DNA of 64,000 nt from an uncultured Eggerthellaceae bacterium (GTDB lineage Bacteria; Actinomycetota; Coriobacteriia; Coriobacteriales; Eggerthellaceae). A program made the translations under genes and the position numbers. Of this stretch, positions 47,435 through 56,394 are shown piece by piece. The stretch spans positions 22,240-86,239 of the forward strand of contig CAJURX010000009.1 of NCBI GenBank assembly GCA_910589125.1. The letters run 5' to 3'. A model generated the notes under the pieces. The model made no database searches and was not told the DNA's origin. It saw nothing but the letters and a program-made list of their open reading frames with translations. The first letter of the stretch is position 1. Every line of letters starts with the position of its first letter.

Positions 47435-47794
47435 TCACGAGAAGAACGCGTACCACACGATGAACGCGATGATAGCGCATACCGCGATCACGATGATGGC
47501 CACCTGGGTCTTCGGCATCTTGGAGCCCTTGATGTCCTGGAGCGTGGTGGCGTGGTATCCGTCTTGAGGCTGCTGAGCCTGCGACGGGCGCTGCGGTCGC
47601 ACGTGCGATGCGTCGGCCTGCTCCGCAGCCTGTGACTCAGCAGACGCTTCCTCTTGCGCGGAGGGCGCCTCGCTCACCGTGGGCTGCCTCTGCGCTCCGG
47701 CATGGATGACGACCTCCTGCTCTTCGGCAGGTGTCACCTTGATATGCCTGTACCCGCGCTCTGCTGCCACGCTCTTCGCTCCCTGATACGCCAA
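47435..47794 (-). CDS. small tail-anchored membrane protein, function unknown
   Basis: Gln/Ala/Glu-rich N-terminal region and a single C-terminal TM helix VAIIVIAVCAIIAFIVWYAFF. There is no in-frame ATG near the 5' end, so the start is TTG 47794 or GTG 47770 (AGGGAG SD). Confidence 0.45.
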   Translation of the reverse strand: MAYQGAKSVAAERGYRHIKVTPAEEQEVVIHAGAQRQPTVSEAPSAQEEASAESQAAEQADASHVRPQRPSQAQQPQDGYHATTLQDIKGSKMPKTQVAIIVIAVCAIIAFIVWYAFFS

Positions 47795-47805
47795 AAGGTG
47801 CCTAG

Positions 47806-47811
47806 ATTATA
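47806..47811 (-). promoter_or_regulatory. candidate -10 box TATAAT between the M16 gene and the small membrane-protein genes
   Basis: The minus strand reads TGAacTATAATctaggcaccttTTG. The hexamer sits in the 19-nt gap after the M16 stop. Confidence 0.3.
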
Positions 47812-47813
47812 GT

Positions 47814-50800
47814 TCATGTCAGGTCCCGCAGCGAGAACCCCTCCCCGCATGCCCGTATCAGCTCCGCATCCCCCACGCAGCACACATGCCTGCCTGCCAC
47901 CATCTCCTCGATCGGATCGGCCAGCGCGCGCACGTCATCCAACGTGGCGCTGATGAGCTCATCGCGCGTGCGAGCGCGGTCGGCAGGCGTGCACCCCGTG
48001 AAGTGCATGGTATCCTGCCTGCGCATGACATCCCGCGGCTTCTGCGGCGCATCCAGGGAGGCCACGGTGCTCACCACGTACCCCTCGAACTCCTCTTGCG
48101 AGACAGATGCCGTCCGCAGCCATGCCGGCGAGCCCTCGAACGCTTGGATGGTGGGATCGATCTTCGGGTCGCGGAAGGAATGGAAGTAGGTATGGCCTCC
48201 ACGGCGGCTGGCGAACCCGACGCCATAGGCGCCTCCCACCACGCGCACCTCGTTCCAGAGATACCCCAGCGTGAGCATCTTGGAGGCAAGGAGCCACGCA
48301 CCCGAGAAGGGCACGCCGCACGCCTTTCGATTCGCCGCCATGGCCGTGAAGGTGACGTCACTCGATACGCCGAAGCCCTCATGCAGGTCCACCGGATCGG
48401 GCACCGCGAATGCGACCCCGTCATCCGAGACACCGACGCCCAGCCCCTCATGGGCCGCTAGATAGGCTTGGAGGCAGTCATCCGACCCCGCGAAGGAGAG
48501 CAGGCAGTTCCCATCATCGAAGATGCGCCCAGCAAGGTCGCAGAGCGCATCCACCAAGCCCTCCGCGCGCGCATCGAAGCCATCGATCAGCTCGCGCAGG
48601 AACAGGTAGAAGTCGATCCCTGCGATCTGCTCCTTCGCCTTGGCCGTATGGGATACATAGGAGAGCGCCCTGTTCGCCGCTGCGCTGTGCCCCGCCATGG
48701 CGAATGCGCGCTCGAGCGCCACCTTCGCCTGGATCAGCATGTCACGTATCTTCGACAGGTCATGGAGGTCGGTGGAGCCGAGCACCTCATCGGTCAGCTG
48801 GGCCGCGAACGCCGTGTTCTCCGGCAGCGCCGAGGCAGATACCGCGAAGGTGGCGCGCACGGATGCGCCATCCAGCGGCTCATAGACGTCAGGGGCGAAG
48901 CTGAGGTTGCCGAGCCGGCCTTGGATGAGGGTGTCCACCTCAGATGCCGAGTGCGCAGCCGTATCCAAGCGCCCGAGCACCATCCCCAAGATCGCAACGT
49001 AGGGAAGCTCCTCGAAGGCCACGCCATCGAGACCGTAGTAGCGCGTGATGTAGGAGATGCCATGCGTCTCCACATCGTGCCGGATGATCCGGCGCCCCTC
49101 TGCGCTCATGATGCGGAACCCGGGTTCGACGGGCGCATCCCCGATATCCGCGACGCTCAAGTGCGGCAGGCGCGCCAGCGCCTCAGGCGGATCGGGTGCC
49201 AGCTGCGCCTCCACGAGCGCTGCGGCATCCTCCTCTATGCGCACGAGCTCTTCGGGCGTGAGCGCACGCTCGAGCGCGGCAAGCTGCTCATCTGCCGCCG
49301 TGTCCGCCGCAACGCATGCGGGCACCACCTGCGCCTGCGCATGATGTTCGCTCTCCAGGAACAGCTCGCGCAAGAGGGACTCGAACCAACCCGTCTCCAC
49401 CTTCGCCTTCAAGCCCGCGAAGAGGTCCTCGTAGCGGATGTAGGCGAGCGCCTGCGCGTCGTCATAGAGCCAGCCATTCATGGCTGCCATGGAATAGACC
49501 ACGCCATCCGACATCCCGAAGTTATGCTCGCGCATGACGAACTCCGCATGGCTGATGGCCGCCCTCACGAGCTCTGGGTCCAACGCGCCCGACGCCAAGC
49601 GCTCGATCTCAGCGATGACGATGCCCTCGAATGCGTCTGCGGCTGCAGGCTTGGCACCTTTGAGCTGCATGACCACGAAGGGCTGGAGCACGGAATCCGC
49701 CAGATACGCATTGAAGTCATCACCGATCTGCGCGTCGATGACAGCCCGCTTGAGCGGTGCCTCATTGGACCCCGCGATGGCATCCATGAGGATGTCAGCT
49801 GCAACAGCGCGCTCCACATCCTGCGCGGTGCCCACCACATACCCGAGCGCCATGCACGCGTTGTCGGGAGCGGTGTCCATGGTGCGCACCGCATCCATGC
49901 ACACCACAGGCACCTGGAGGTCGAGCGGGTTCGCTTGGGCGGCACGCCCGTCCCTTGGCATGTGCGAGAGGTATTCCGCTTCCAAGAACGTCAGCATGCG
50001 CGCGATATCCATATCCCCGTACAGGATGATGTAGGCGTTGTCCGCCCGATAGTGGCGCGCGTGGCTATCCAGGAACGCATCGTAGGTGAGCTGCGGGATG
50101 GCGGCAGGCGTGCCCCCTGACTCGAAGCGGTACGTGGTATCAGGGAACAGCGCCGCAGAGAGCGTGTCATAGAGCACGGAATCCGGCTCGGAGAGGGCGC
50201 CCTTCATCTCGTTGTAGACCACGCCGTTGTACCCCAAGCGCACACGAGATGGATCCGTTGGCAAGGGCTCGCCTGCCTCAAGGGCAGCCACCGCATCCAT
50301 CTCGCCCTCGGGAGCCGCGCCCGCTTCATCGGTGCGCAGCGCCTCGAGATGCCAGCCTTCCTGCTTGAAGATGTTCTCGTTGCGATAGATGTTCGGATGG
50401 AACACGGCATCCATGTAGACATCCGTCAGGATCATGAGGTCTGCCATGTTCGTGGACGCGACGGGATACATCGTCTTGTCGGGGAAGGTCATGGCGTTCA
50501 GGAACGTCTGCATGCTCCCCTTCAACAGGTTCACGAACGGCTCCTTCACAGGGAACCGCTCTGAGCCGCAGAGCACGGAGTGCTCCAAGATATGGAAGAC
50601 CCCCGTATCATCCGCCGCAGGAGTCTTGAAGGTGATCGAGAAGGACTTGTCCGCATCCGCATTCTGCAGGAACAAGAGCTTCGCGCCGCTCACCTCGTGG
50701 CGCATCAGATACGCGCTTCCCTCGATCTCCGTGACCGCCTCCACGCGTTCGACCACGAACCCCGCTTGCTGAGCAGCAGCGTTGATATCCGTATCCACTA

Positions 50801-50819
50801 TCCCTCCATCCCGAAGCAT
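47814..50819 (-). CDS. M16-family (insulinase/PreP-like, M16C) zinc metallopeptidase
   Basis: Inverted zinc motif HILEHSVLCGS (HxxEH) with a ~1000-aa four-domain length typical of M16C. GTG 50798 (GGAGGG SD) is a likely alternative to ATG 50819, which lacks an SD. Confidence 0.88.
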   Translation of the reverse strand: MLRDGGIVDTDINAAAQQAGFVVERVEAVTEIEGSAYLMRHEVSGAKLLFLQNADADKSFSITFKTPAADDTGVFHILEHSVLCGSERFPVKEPFVNLLKGSMQTFLNAMTFPDKTMYPVASTNMADLMILTDVYMDAVFHPNIYRNENIFKQEGWHLEALRTDEAGAAPEGEMDAVAALEAGEPLPTDPSRVRLGYNGVVYNEMKGALSEPDSVLYDTLSAALFPDTTYRFESGGTPAAIPQLTYDAFLDSHARHYRADNAYIILYGDMDIARMLTFLEAEYLSHMPRDGRAAQANPLDLQVPVVCMDAVRTMDTAPDNACMALGYVVGTAQDVERAVAADILMDAIAGSNEAPLKRAVIDAQIGDDFNAYLADSVLQPFVVMQLKGAKPAAADAFEGIVIAEIERLASGALDPELVRAAISHAEFVMREHNFGMSDGVVYSMAAMNGWLYDDAQALAYIRYEDLFAGLKAKVETGWFESLLRELFLESEHHAQAQVVPACVAADTAADEQLAALERALTPEELVRIEEDAAALVEAQLAPDPPEALARLPHLSVADIGDAPVEPGFRIMSAEGRRIIRHDVETHGISYITRYYGLDGVAFEELPYVAILGMVLGRLDTAAHSASEVDTLIQGRLGNLSFAPDVYEPLDGASVRATFAVSASALPENTAFAAQLTDEVLGSTDLHDLSKIRDMLIQAKVALERAFAMAGHSAAANRALSYVSHTAKAKEQIAGIDFYLFLRELIDGFDARAEGLVDALCDLAGRIFDDGNCLLSFAGSDDCLQAYLAAHEGLGVGVSDDGVAFAVPDPVDLHEGFGVSSDVTFTAMAANRKACGVPFSGAWLLASKMLTLGYLWNEVRVVGGAYGVGFASRRGGHTYFHSFRDPKIDPTIQAFEGSPAWLRTASVSQEEFEGYVVSTVASLDAPQKPRDVMRRQDTMHFTGCTPADRARTRDELISATLDDVRALADPIEEMVAGRHVCCVGDAELIRACGEGFSLRDLT

Positions 50820-50823
50820 GCCA

Positions 50824-50850
50824 AGCGCCCGCGGCTCATGCGCGGGCGCT
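50824..50850 (-). terminator. strong GC hairpin between the substrate-binding-protein gene and the M16 gene
   Basis: Perfect 10-bp stem AGCGCCCGCG / CGCGGGCGCT with a 7-nt loop. It lies 20 nt after the stop at 50870 and only 4 nt before ATG 50819. Confidence 0.45.
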
Positions 50851-50869
50851 CTTCTGTGAATGAGCCGTA

Positions 50870-51826
50870 CTAGTTGGACGTCGCAGCGCTGGACGAGGAT
50901 GAGCTCCCGCCAGATGCGCCGGCAGCGCCCTCTCCCTCTGCCTCTGCATCAGCGTCGCCCTCGGTGCCCTTTGAGGCGTTCGCATCGGCAGCCGGGGCCT
51001 TCGCCTCGACCTTCTCGATGCCCTCGAGCGTGATAGGGCCGCCCAGCCACTTATCCTCGATGACGCCGACCACGCCATTGCCGATGATGGTCTGGAGCGC
51101 CCCTTGGATGGCCTCCTGCAGCTCGGTATCGCCGGACTTCGCACCCACGCAGTATCCGCTCGCCGTATCCATGAGGCAGGTTATCTCGACGGGAACATCC
51201 TGCAGGTTCGCCGCATACATCCCGATCACCGCGTCTGACGCGACGAAGTCCACATTGCCCTTGGAGAGGTCAGCGAATGCGGAAGCGAGGTCATTGGTGG
51301 ACACGAGCGCATCCTCGCCGAAGGCGTTGGTCACAGCCCACGCGCTCTTGGATGAGATCTGCGCCGCGATCTTCGGCGTGACGGCCCCCGTGGGCACCGC
51401 AGCGTTGGAGCCCTCCTTCGCGAACAGCACCACGCCGGTGGGGAGGTACTGCTCGGAGTGCCAGATGCTGCCGTCCTCCTCGACGGTCTCCTGGCCCATC
51501 ACGATATCCACCTTGCCCTCTTCGAGCGCCTTGTCGGCATCCGTGCCGATATCCTCGATCTGCACCTTGAGGCCCAGCTCATCAGCCAAGGCTGACGCGA
51601 TATCCACATCGATGCCGATGACCTTCTCAGAGCCACGTCCCGCAAGCGGGGACTTCTCGGTGTTGACCCCCACGCGCAGCACGCCTTCCTGCCCGATGGC
51701 GGGGGGAGCGATCTGAGGGTCTCCCAAAGACGGCGTGTACTCCTCCTGCGACGCACACCCGCTCAGGGCGAACAGCAGTGCGCCTGACAGCGCCATCGCG
51801 ACGATCCTGGCACTTCTCTTCAGCAT
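50870..51826 (-). CDS. family 3 solute-binding lipoprotein (amino-acid ABC transporter substrate-binding type)
   Basis: Lipobox LFALSGC. The SBP_bac_3 pattern is present (LRVGVNTEKSPLAG, GIDVDIASALADELGLKV, DFVASDAVIG). The C-terminal tail is Ala/Gly/Ser/Glu-rich. GAGGAGG SD. Confidence 0.8.
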   Translation of the reverse strand: MLKRSARIVAMALSGALLFALSGCASQEEYTPSLGDPQIAPPAIGQEGVLRVGVNTEKSPLAGRGSEKVIGIDVDIASALADELGLKVQIEDIGTDADKALEEGKVDIVMGQETVEEDGSIWHSEQYLPTGVVLFAKEGSNAAVPTGAVTPKIAAQISSKSAWAVTNAFGEDALVSTNDLASAFADLSKGNVDFVASDAVIGMYAANLQDVPVEITCLMDTASGYCVGAKSGDTELQEAIQGALQTIIGNGVVGVIEDKWLGGPITLEGIEKVEAKAPAADANASKGTEGDADAEAEGEGAAGASGGSSSSSSAATSN

Positions 51827-52012
51827 CCGGCCTCCTCAGGCTCTTCATCCCAGGCCACTTGCGCGGCCTGCGCTCATTGCCATCAGCTCCACTCGGCTGA
51901 CCTAGTCTTTGCCCCCACACTCGCGCACTGGAGGTCCGCGCTCGCGCGCTCGCGCTCTCTCGCCCGCCCAGACACCATGTCCGGAGATCAAACGGGCGGT
52001 GCGGCTTACTTC

Positions 52013-52018
52013 TAGAAT
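52013..52018 (+). promoter_or_regulatory. -10 box TAGAAT inside the palindrome TTCTAGAA
   Basis: cttacTTCTAGAAtacgccATG. The opposite strand reads TATTCT, a possible -10 for the SBP gene. Confidence 0.35.
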
Positions 52019-52023
52019 ACGCC

Positions 52024-52125
52024 ATGCTCACGGACGCGACCTGCGCGCCCGCTTACGTGGACCCTTTCGACCGCATCTGCCATGGGCTAGGCGGCCTGCG
52101 CCACCGCAACTACAGACCCGAATGA
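52024..52125 (+). CDS. candidate leaderless 33-codon sORF
   Basis: The ATG sits 5 nt after the TAGAAT box, the same geometry as the rlmD-like gene. It encodes MLTDATCAPAYVDPFDRICHGLGGLRHRNYRPE. About 27 of 32 third positions are G/C, which is coding-like bias, but background GC is also high. Confidence 0.2.
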   Translation: MLTDATCAPAYVDPFDRICHGLGGLRHRNYRPE

Positions 52126-52282
52126 AGCTGGTCTCAAGTGTACCATGCAACCAGGCACCCGCCACAGCCAGCGCACGGGCGAGCGCAGGCTATCCGCATC
52201 TTGGGGTGCGAGGCTCATGCATGCAGATCCGTGGCGAAGCGATGCAGGATCGGTGAAGGGCGCATCGCTATGATCCGATGGC

Positions 52283-53047
52283 ATGACCAACGCTTCGACC
52301 ACACCACGTTCGCACCCCCGCACGCGCCTCCTCAGCGCCGCCCGCTTCGCGCGCGAAGCGCTCCTCGAGACGCTCTGGCCCACCCGCTGCTGCGTGTGCG
52401 ATGCACCGGGGCACCTCATCTGCCCTCCATGCGCACAACACCTGCGATACGTGGATGCGAACCGCGCCTGCCGCGTGTGCGGCAGCCCCTTCGGCCAGCA
52501 CCAATGCACGGAATGCAACGAGGTGATGCTCGCAGCAGCTGACCGAGAGCGCTTCCCCCTCGATGGCATGGCCACACCGCTCTTGGCCGATGATGCGGCA
52601 CGGCGCATCGTGACCATCTACAAGGATGCGAACGAGCGCAGGCTCTCGCGCGAGATGGCGCAGATGATGGCGCGCTGCATCCCACCCGAGTGGCGCAGCG
52701 CCCATGTGACGTTCATCCCCGCGACCGCACATGCATGCCGCACGCGCGGGTTCGACCATGCCGAGCTGTTGGCACGGGAGGTCAGCAGCGCAGCTGGGAT
52801 GGAGATGCGCGCGCTGCTCGAACGGCCGCGAAGCCGCGACCAGCGCTCATTCGGGAAGCGGTGGCGGATGCAGAACATGCAGGGATGCTTCCTGCCCAAA
52901 GTTGGCACCACGATGCCCGATGAGGTCGTGCTGGTGGATGACATCTGCACGACGGGCGCTACCCTGCATGCGGCAGCCGACTGCCTGCGATCCGCTGGCA
53001 TCGCGCACATATTCGGGCTCGCATTCGCGAAGGTGCTCGCGTCGTGA
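52283..53047 (+). CDS. comFC: ComF family protein (phosphoribosyltransferase-like, ComFC-type)
   Basis: N-terminal double zinc-ribbon cysteines (CCVCDAPGHLICPPC, CRVCGSPFGQHQCTEC) and the PRTase motif VVLVDDICTTGATL. TATGAT lies 8 nt upstream of the ATG and there is no SD. Confidence 0.85.
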   Translation: MTNASTTPRSHPRTRLLSAARFAREALLETLWPTRCCVCDAPGHLICPPCAQHLRYVDANRACRVCGSPFGQHQCTECNEVMLAAADRERFPLDGMATPLLADDAARRIVTIYKDANERRLSREMAQMMARCIPPEWRSAHVTFIPATAHACRTRGFDHAELLAREVSSAAGMEMRALLERPRSRDQRSFGKRWRMQNMQGCFLPKVGTTMPDEVVLVDDICTTGATLHAAADCLRSAGIAHIFGLAFAKVLAS

Positions 53048-53049
53048 GG

Positions 53050-53077
53050 GAGGGATGCGACCGCGCATGCATCCCTC
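53050..53077. terminator. hairpin between convergent comF and GT2 genes
   Basis: Perfect 9-bp stem GAGGGATGC / GCATCCCTC with a 10-nt loop, starting 3 nt after the comF stop. Confidence 0.45.
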
Positions 53078-53106
53078 TGAGGATCGTCTCGATCGACGGA
53101 AGGGCG

Positions 53107-54435
53107 CTAGGCTGCTGGGCGACCCATCTGCTTGGCATCCGCATACTCGGACACATCCACGGAGATGGTGTGCTTGATGGGCTTCCACGTGGTCTTCTTG
53201 ACCAGCGCATACAGCGCGATGGGGATGTAGGTCAACATGAAGAAGGGGAACGTGACCATGGAGAGCAGCTTGCGACGACGGCTCGCACGGATGCTATCCC
53301 ACTCCATGAACGTGGTCAGCACGCCGAACACGAACATGAACATGACGTAATTGAACAGGCAGAAGAAGATGGATGAGAGGGAGCTGGCGATGGCCACGCC
53401 CACGCTCATCACGCCCGTGAAGGAGAGCACCACGATGGCTGCATTGAAGATGATGGAGATGATCGACAGCAGCATGCCCGGCGCGATGGTCATGAGCATG
53501 TCATAGCACGCGAAGCGATGTCCCCGCTCATTGGTGAAGATGCCCTTCACGAGACCAGCTGCATAATGCGCGAACACCTGGTAGAAGCCCTTCGCCCAGC
53601 GAGCGCGCTGATTCCACGAATCGCGGAAGGTGGTGGGCTGCTCATCGTAGAGCACCGCCGTCGGGCAATACGCGATGCGAACGCCGTCGATGATGGAGGA
53701 TGCAGAGAACTCGATATCCTCGGTCAGCAGATGCCACTTCCAGCCACCCGCCCGGCGCAGCACCTCATCAGCGATGAAGAAGCCCGTTCCAGAAACGGCG
53801 CACGAGGTGTTGAGCGTGAGGCGCGCCTGATTCAGGAACTTCGCCTCGCGCAGGAACCACACGCCGTATCCAGCAGAGATCCAGTTGGAATCGAAGTTCT
53901 TGGAGTTGCGATAGCTGGTGGACGCCTGCGCACCGCCGTCGAACACCTTGTTCATCTCAGCGAAGTAATGCGCATCCAGCACATTGTCCGCATCGAACAC
54001 GAAGTACGCCTCATAGCCCGCATCCGGATACGTGCTCCAGATGGCCTTGAGCCCGAAGTCGAGCGCATAGCCCTTGCCCACCTTCTCCTGATTGGAGCGA
54101 GAGAACACCGTAGCGCCCGCCTTGCGCGCAACGGCGGCAGTATCATCGGTGCAATTGTCAGCGATCACGTACACGTCGATCAGCTCTTGCGGGTAGTCCT
54201 GCGCCTTGATGGAGCTGATGAGGTCGCTGATGACGGCGCTCTCATTGCGCGCGGCCACCAGCACGGCGAACTTGTGATCCGTCTTCGCCACCTGTGCCGG
54301 CGCCTTGCGCGTGAGCACGACGAACACGTAGTAGAGCTGATAGGTGTAGCAGACGGTGAAGGTGAAGAACACGCAGAAATTGAAGATGTCAATGAAAGAA
54401 AGCGCTGCCATCGACTGCGAGAGCTCTTGGAACAC
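53107..54435 (-). CDS. membrane-embedded family 2 glycosyltransferase (processive synthase type)
   Basis: N-terminal TM, then VLVAARNESAVI, DADN, the TED motif (LLTEDIEF) and QRARWAKG (QxxRW), followed by C-terminal TM helices. AAGGAG SD before GTG 54435. The track start is ATG 54453. Confidence 0.82.
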   Translation of the reverse strand: MFQELSQSMAALSFIDIFNFCVFFTFTVCYTYQLYYVFVVLTRKAPAQVAKTDHKFAVLVAARNESAVISDLISSIKAQDYPQELIDVYVIADNCTDDTAAVARKAGATVFSRSNQEKVGKGYALDFGLKAIWSTYPDAGYEAYFVFDADNVLDAHYFAEMNKVFDGGAQASTSYRNSKNFDSNWISAGYGVWFLREAKFLNQARLTLNTSCAVSGTGFFIADEVLRRAGGWKWHLLTEDIEFSASSIIDGVRIAYCPTAVLYDEQPTTFRDSWNQRARWAKGFYQVFAHYAAGLVKGIFTNERGHRFACYDMLMTIAPGMLLSIISIIFNAAIVVLSFTGVMSVGVAIASSLSSIFFCLFNYVMFMFVFGVLTTFMEWDSIRASRRRKLLSMVTFPFFMLTYIPIALYALVKKTTWKPIKHTISVDVSEYADAKQMGRPAA

Positions 54436-54583
54436 GTTTCTCCTTCTTTGCATGGTCAGATGTCCGAGCGAACTCGGAAGCCGTCAGATTATAGTCCTTG
54501 GCCGCACGCAAAGAAAGCGGAAAAGGGCGAATGCCCCAGTTGATGTATCCTTTGTGGACGCTGTATGAAGACGAGGAGATACC

Positions 54584-55849
54584 GTGACTGACACCTATGA
54601 CATCAAGGACATCAACCTAGCTGATGAGGGATATGCGCGCATCATGTGGGCAGACGCCGACATGCCCGTGCTCTCCCAGATCCGCGAGCGCTTCGAGCGC
54701 GAGAAGCCGCTTCAGGGCGTGCGCATCGGCTGCTGCTTGCACGTGACCACCGAGACGGCGAACCTCATGAGGACGCTCGCTGCGGGTGGTGCCGAGGTGA
54801 CGCTCTGCGCCTCGAACCCCCTGTCCACCCAGGATGACACCGCCGCATCGCTCGTGCGCGACTTCGGCATCTCGGTCTACGCCATCTGCGGCGAGGACAC
54901 GGAGACCTACTACGAGCACGTTGACGCGGTGATCGACAGCAAGCCGCAGATCACCATGGATGACGGCGCTGATGTGGTCGGACGCATCCACGAGACGAAG
55001 CGCGAGGCGCTCGAGCACATCATCGGCGGCACGGAGGAGACCACCACGGGCGTCATCCGCTTGGCGGCCATGGCAGCCGACGGCGAGCTGCGCTACCCCA
55101 TCATCGCGGTCAACAACGCCAAGACCAAGCACTTCTTCGACAACCGCTACGGCACGGGCCAGTCCACGCTGGACGGCATCATCCGCCTGACGAACCGCCT
55201 GCTCGCAGGGCGCACGTTCGTGGTGAGCGGATATGGCTGGTGCGGCAAGGGCCTGGCGATGCGCGCCCGCGGCATGGGCTGCCAGGTGGTCGTATGCGAA
55301 GTCGATCCCACGGCTGCCCTCGAGGCGCACATGGATGGCTTCGCCGTGATGCCCCGCGCCGAGGCTGCGAAGGTGGCGGATATCTGGTGCACCGTGACCG
55401 GCAACCTGAACGTGGTGGACGAGCCCTGCTTCGTGAACATGAAGGACGGAGCCATCATCTGCAACTCAGGGCACTTCAACTCCGAGATCAACATCCCCTG
55501 GCTCGAGGAGCACTGCACCGAGAAGCGCACCGTCAAGCCCATGGTGGATGAGTACACGATGCCGGATGGGCGCCGGATCATGCTGCTCGCCGAAGGCCGG
55601 TTGGTGAACCTGTCTGGCGCGGAAGGGCATCCGGCGAACGTCATGGACATGTCGTTCGCGAACCAGGCGCTCTGCGCGGAATACATGCTGGCGCACGCGA
55701 AGGAGATGGCACCTGACGTCTACGACGTGCCGGAGGACATCGACGAGCACGTGGCGAAGCTCAAGCTGGAGACGCTCGGCATCCAGATAGACGAGCTCAC
55801 CCCCGAACAGGTGCAGTACATGAATTCCTGGAACATGGGCACGGTGTAG
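54584..55849 (+). CDS. ahcY: adenosylhomocysteinase
   Basis: [22 protein letters not shown], the NAD-binding [11 protein letters not shown] and [10 protein letters not shown] are present. GTG start with a GAGGAG SD. Confidence 0.95.
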   Translation: MTDTYDIKDINLADEGYARIMWADADMPVLSQIRERFEREKPLQGVRIGCCLHVTTETANLMRTLAAGGAEVTLCASNPLSTQDDTAASLVRDFGISVYAICGEDTETYYEHVDAVIDSKPQITMDDGADVVGRIHETKREALEHIIGGTEETTTGVIRLAAMAADGELRYPIIAVNNAKTKHFFDNRYGTGQSTLDGIIRLTNRLLAGRTFVVSGYGWCGKGLAMRARGMGCQVVVCEVDPTAALEAHMDGFAVMPRAEAAKVADIWCTVTGNLNVVDEPCFVNMKDGAIICNSGHFNSEINIPWLEEHCTEKRTVKPMVDEYTMPDGRRIMLLAEGRLVNLSGAEGHPANVMDMSFANQALCAEYMLAHAKEMAPDVYDVPEDIDEHVAKLKLETLGIQIDELTPEQVQYMNSWNMGTV

Positions 55850-55865
55850 GACGAGGATAGCGAAC

Positions 55866-55886
55866 GGGCGCACGTGACGTGCGCCC
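55866..55886. terminator. bidirectional terminator hairpin between ahcY and ribH
   Basis: Perfect 9-bp stem GGGCGCACG / CGTGCGCCC with a 3-nt loop in the 49-nt convergent gap. Confidence 0.5.
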
Positions 55887-55898
55887 CCGCAAGCGCGA

Positions 55899-56363
55899 TC
55901 AGATCTGGCGGAGCAGGTTCACCATCTCGATGGCGCTCTCAGCGCATTCGCTGCCCTTGTTGCCCGCCTTGCTGCCTGCGCGCTCGATGGCCTGCTCGAT
56001 GTTGTCCGTGGTCAGCACGCCGAAGATGACCGGGATGCCGCTTGCCAGCGACACCTGCGCGATCCCCTTGCTGACCTCAGAGCACACGTAGTCATAATGC
56101 GAGGTGGCCCCGCGGATCACCGCACCCAAGCAGACGACGGCATCGTATTCGCCCGACTCCGCCATCTTGGATGCCACCAGCGGGATCTCGAATGCACCAG
56201 GCACCCAGGCGATGTCGATATCCTGCACATCCACGCCATGGCGCTGGAACGCATCCATCGCACCGCTCAAGAGCTTCCCGGTGATGAACTCGTTGAAGCG
56301 GGAGACGATCACTCCCACCTTGATGCCGCCCTCAGCGACCACCTTGCCCTCATATACCGTCAT
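55899..56363 (-). CDS. ribH: 6,7-dimethyl-8-ribityllumazine synthase
   Basis: [36 protein letters not shown] and KGSECA are present. AAGGGAGG SD. Confidence 0.93.
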   Translation of the reverse strand: MTVYEGKVVAEGGIKVGVIVSRFNEFITGKLLSGAMDAFQRHGVDVQDIDIAWVPGAFEIPLVASKMAESGEYDAVVCLGAVIRGATSHYDYVCSEVSKGIAQVSLASGIPVIFGVLTTDNIEQAIERAGSKAGNKGSECAESAIEMVNLLRQI

Positions 56364-56394
56364 GCATGCCTCCCTTGGCTCGCCGTCCGATCGA

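Noticed and set aside
48468-50120. 550-aa ORF on the plus strand
   Set aside because: It is antisense to the M16 peptidase gene. The same GC-driven artefact applies: Arg/His-rich, with no SD or promoter context.
52087-52617. 176-aa minus-strand and 134-aa plus-strand ORFs spanning the long intergenic region and the comF 5' end
   Set aside because: They overlap the well-supported comF frame or each other. They have Arg/Ala/Cys-rich artefact-like composition and no SD or promoter context.
54454-54583. Possible SAH riboswitch upstream of ahcY
   Set aside because: I looked for the conserved SAH-element helices and pseudoknot signature and did not find them. The 130-nt region shows only a TATAGT-like -10 and an SD. 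A covariance-model scan would be the decisive test.
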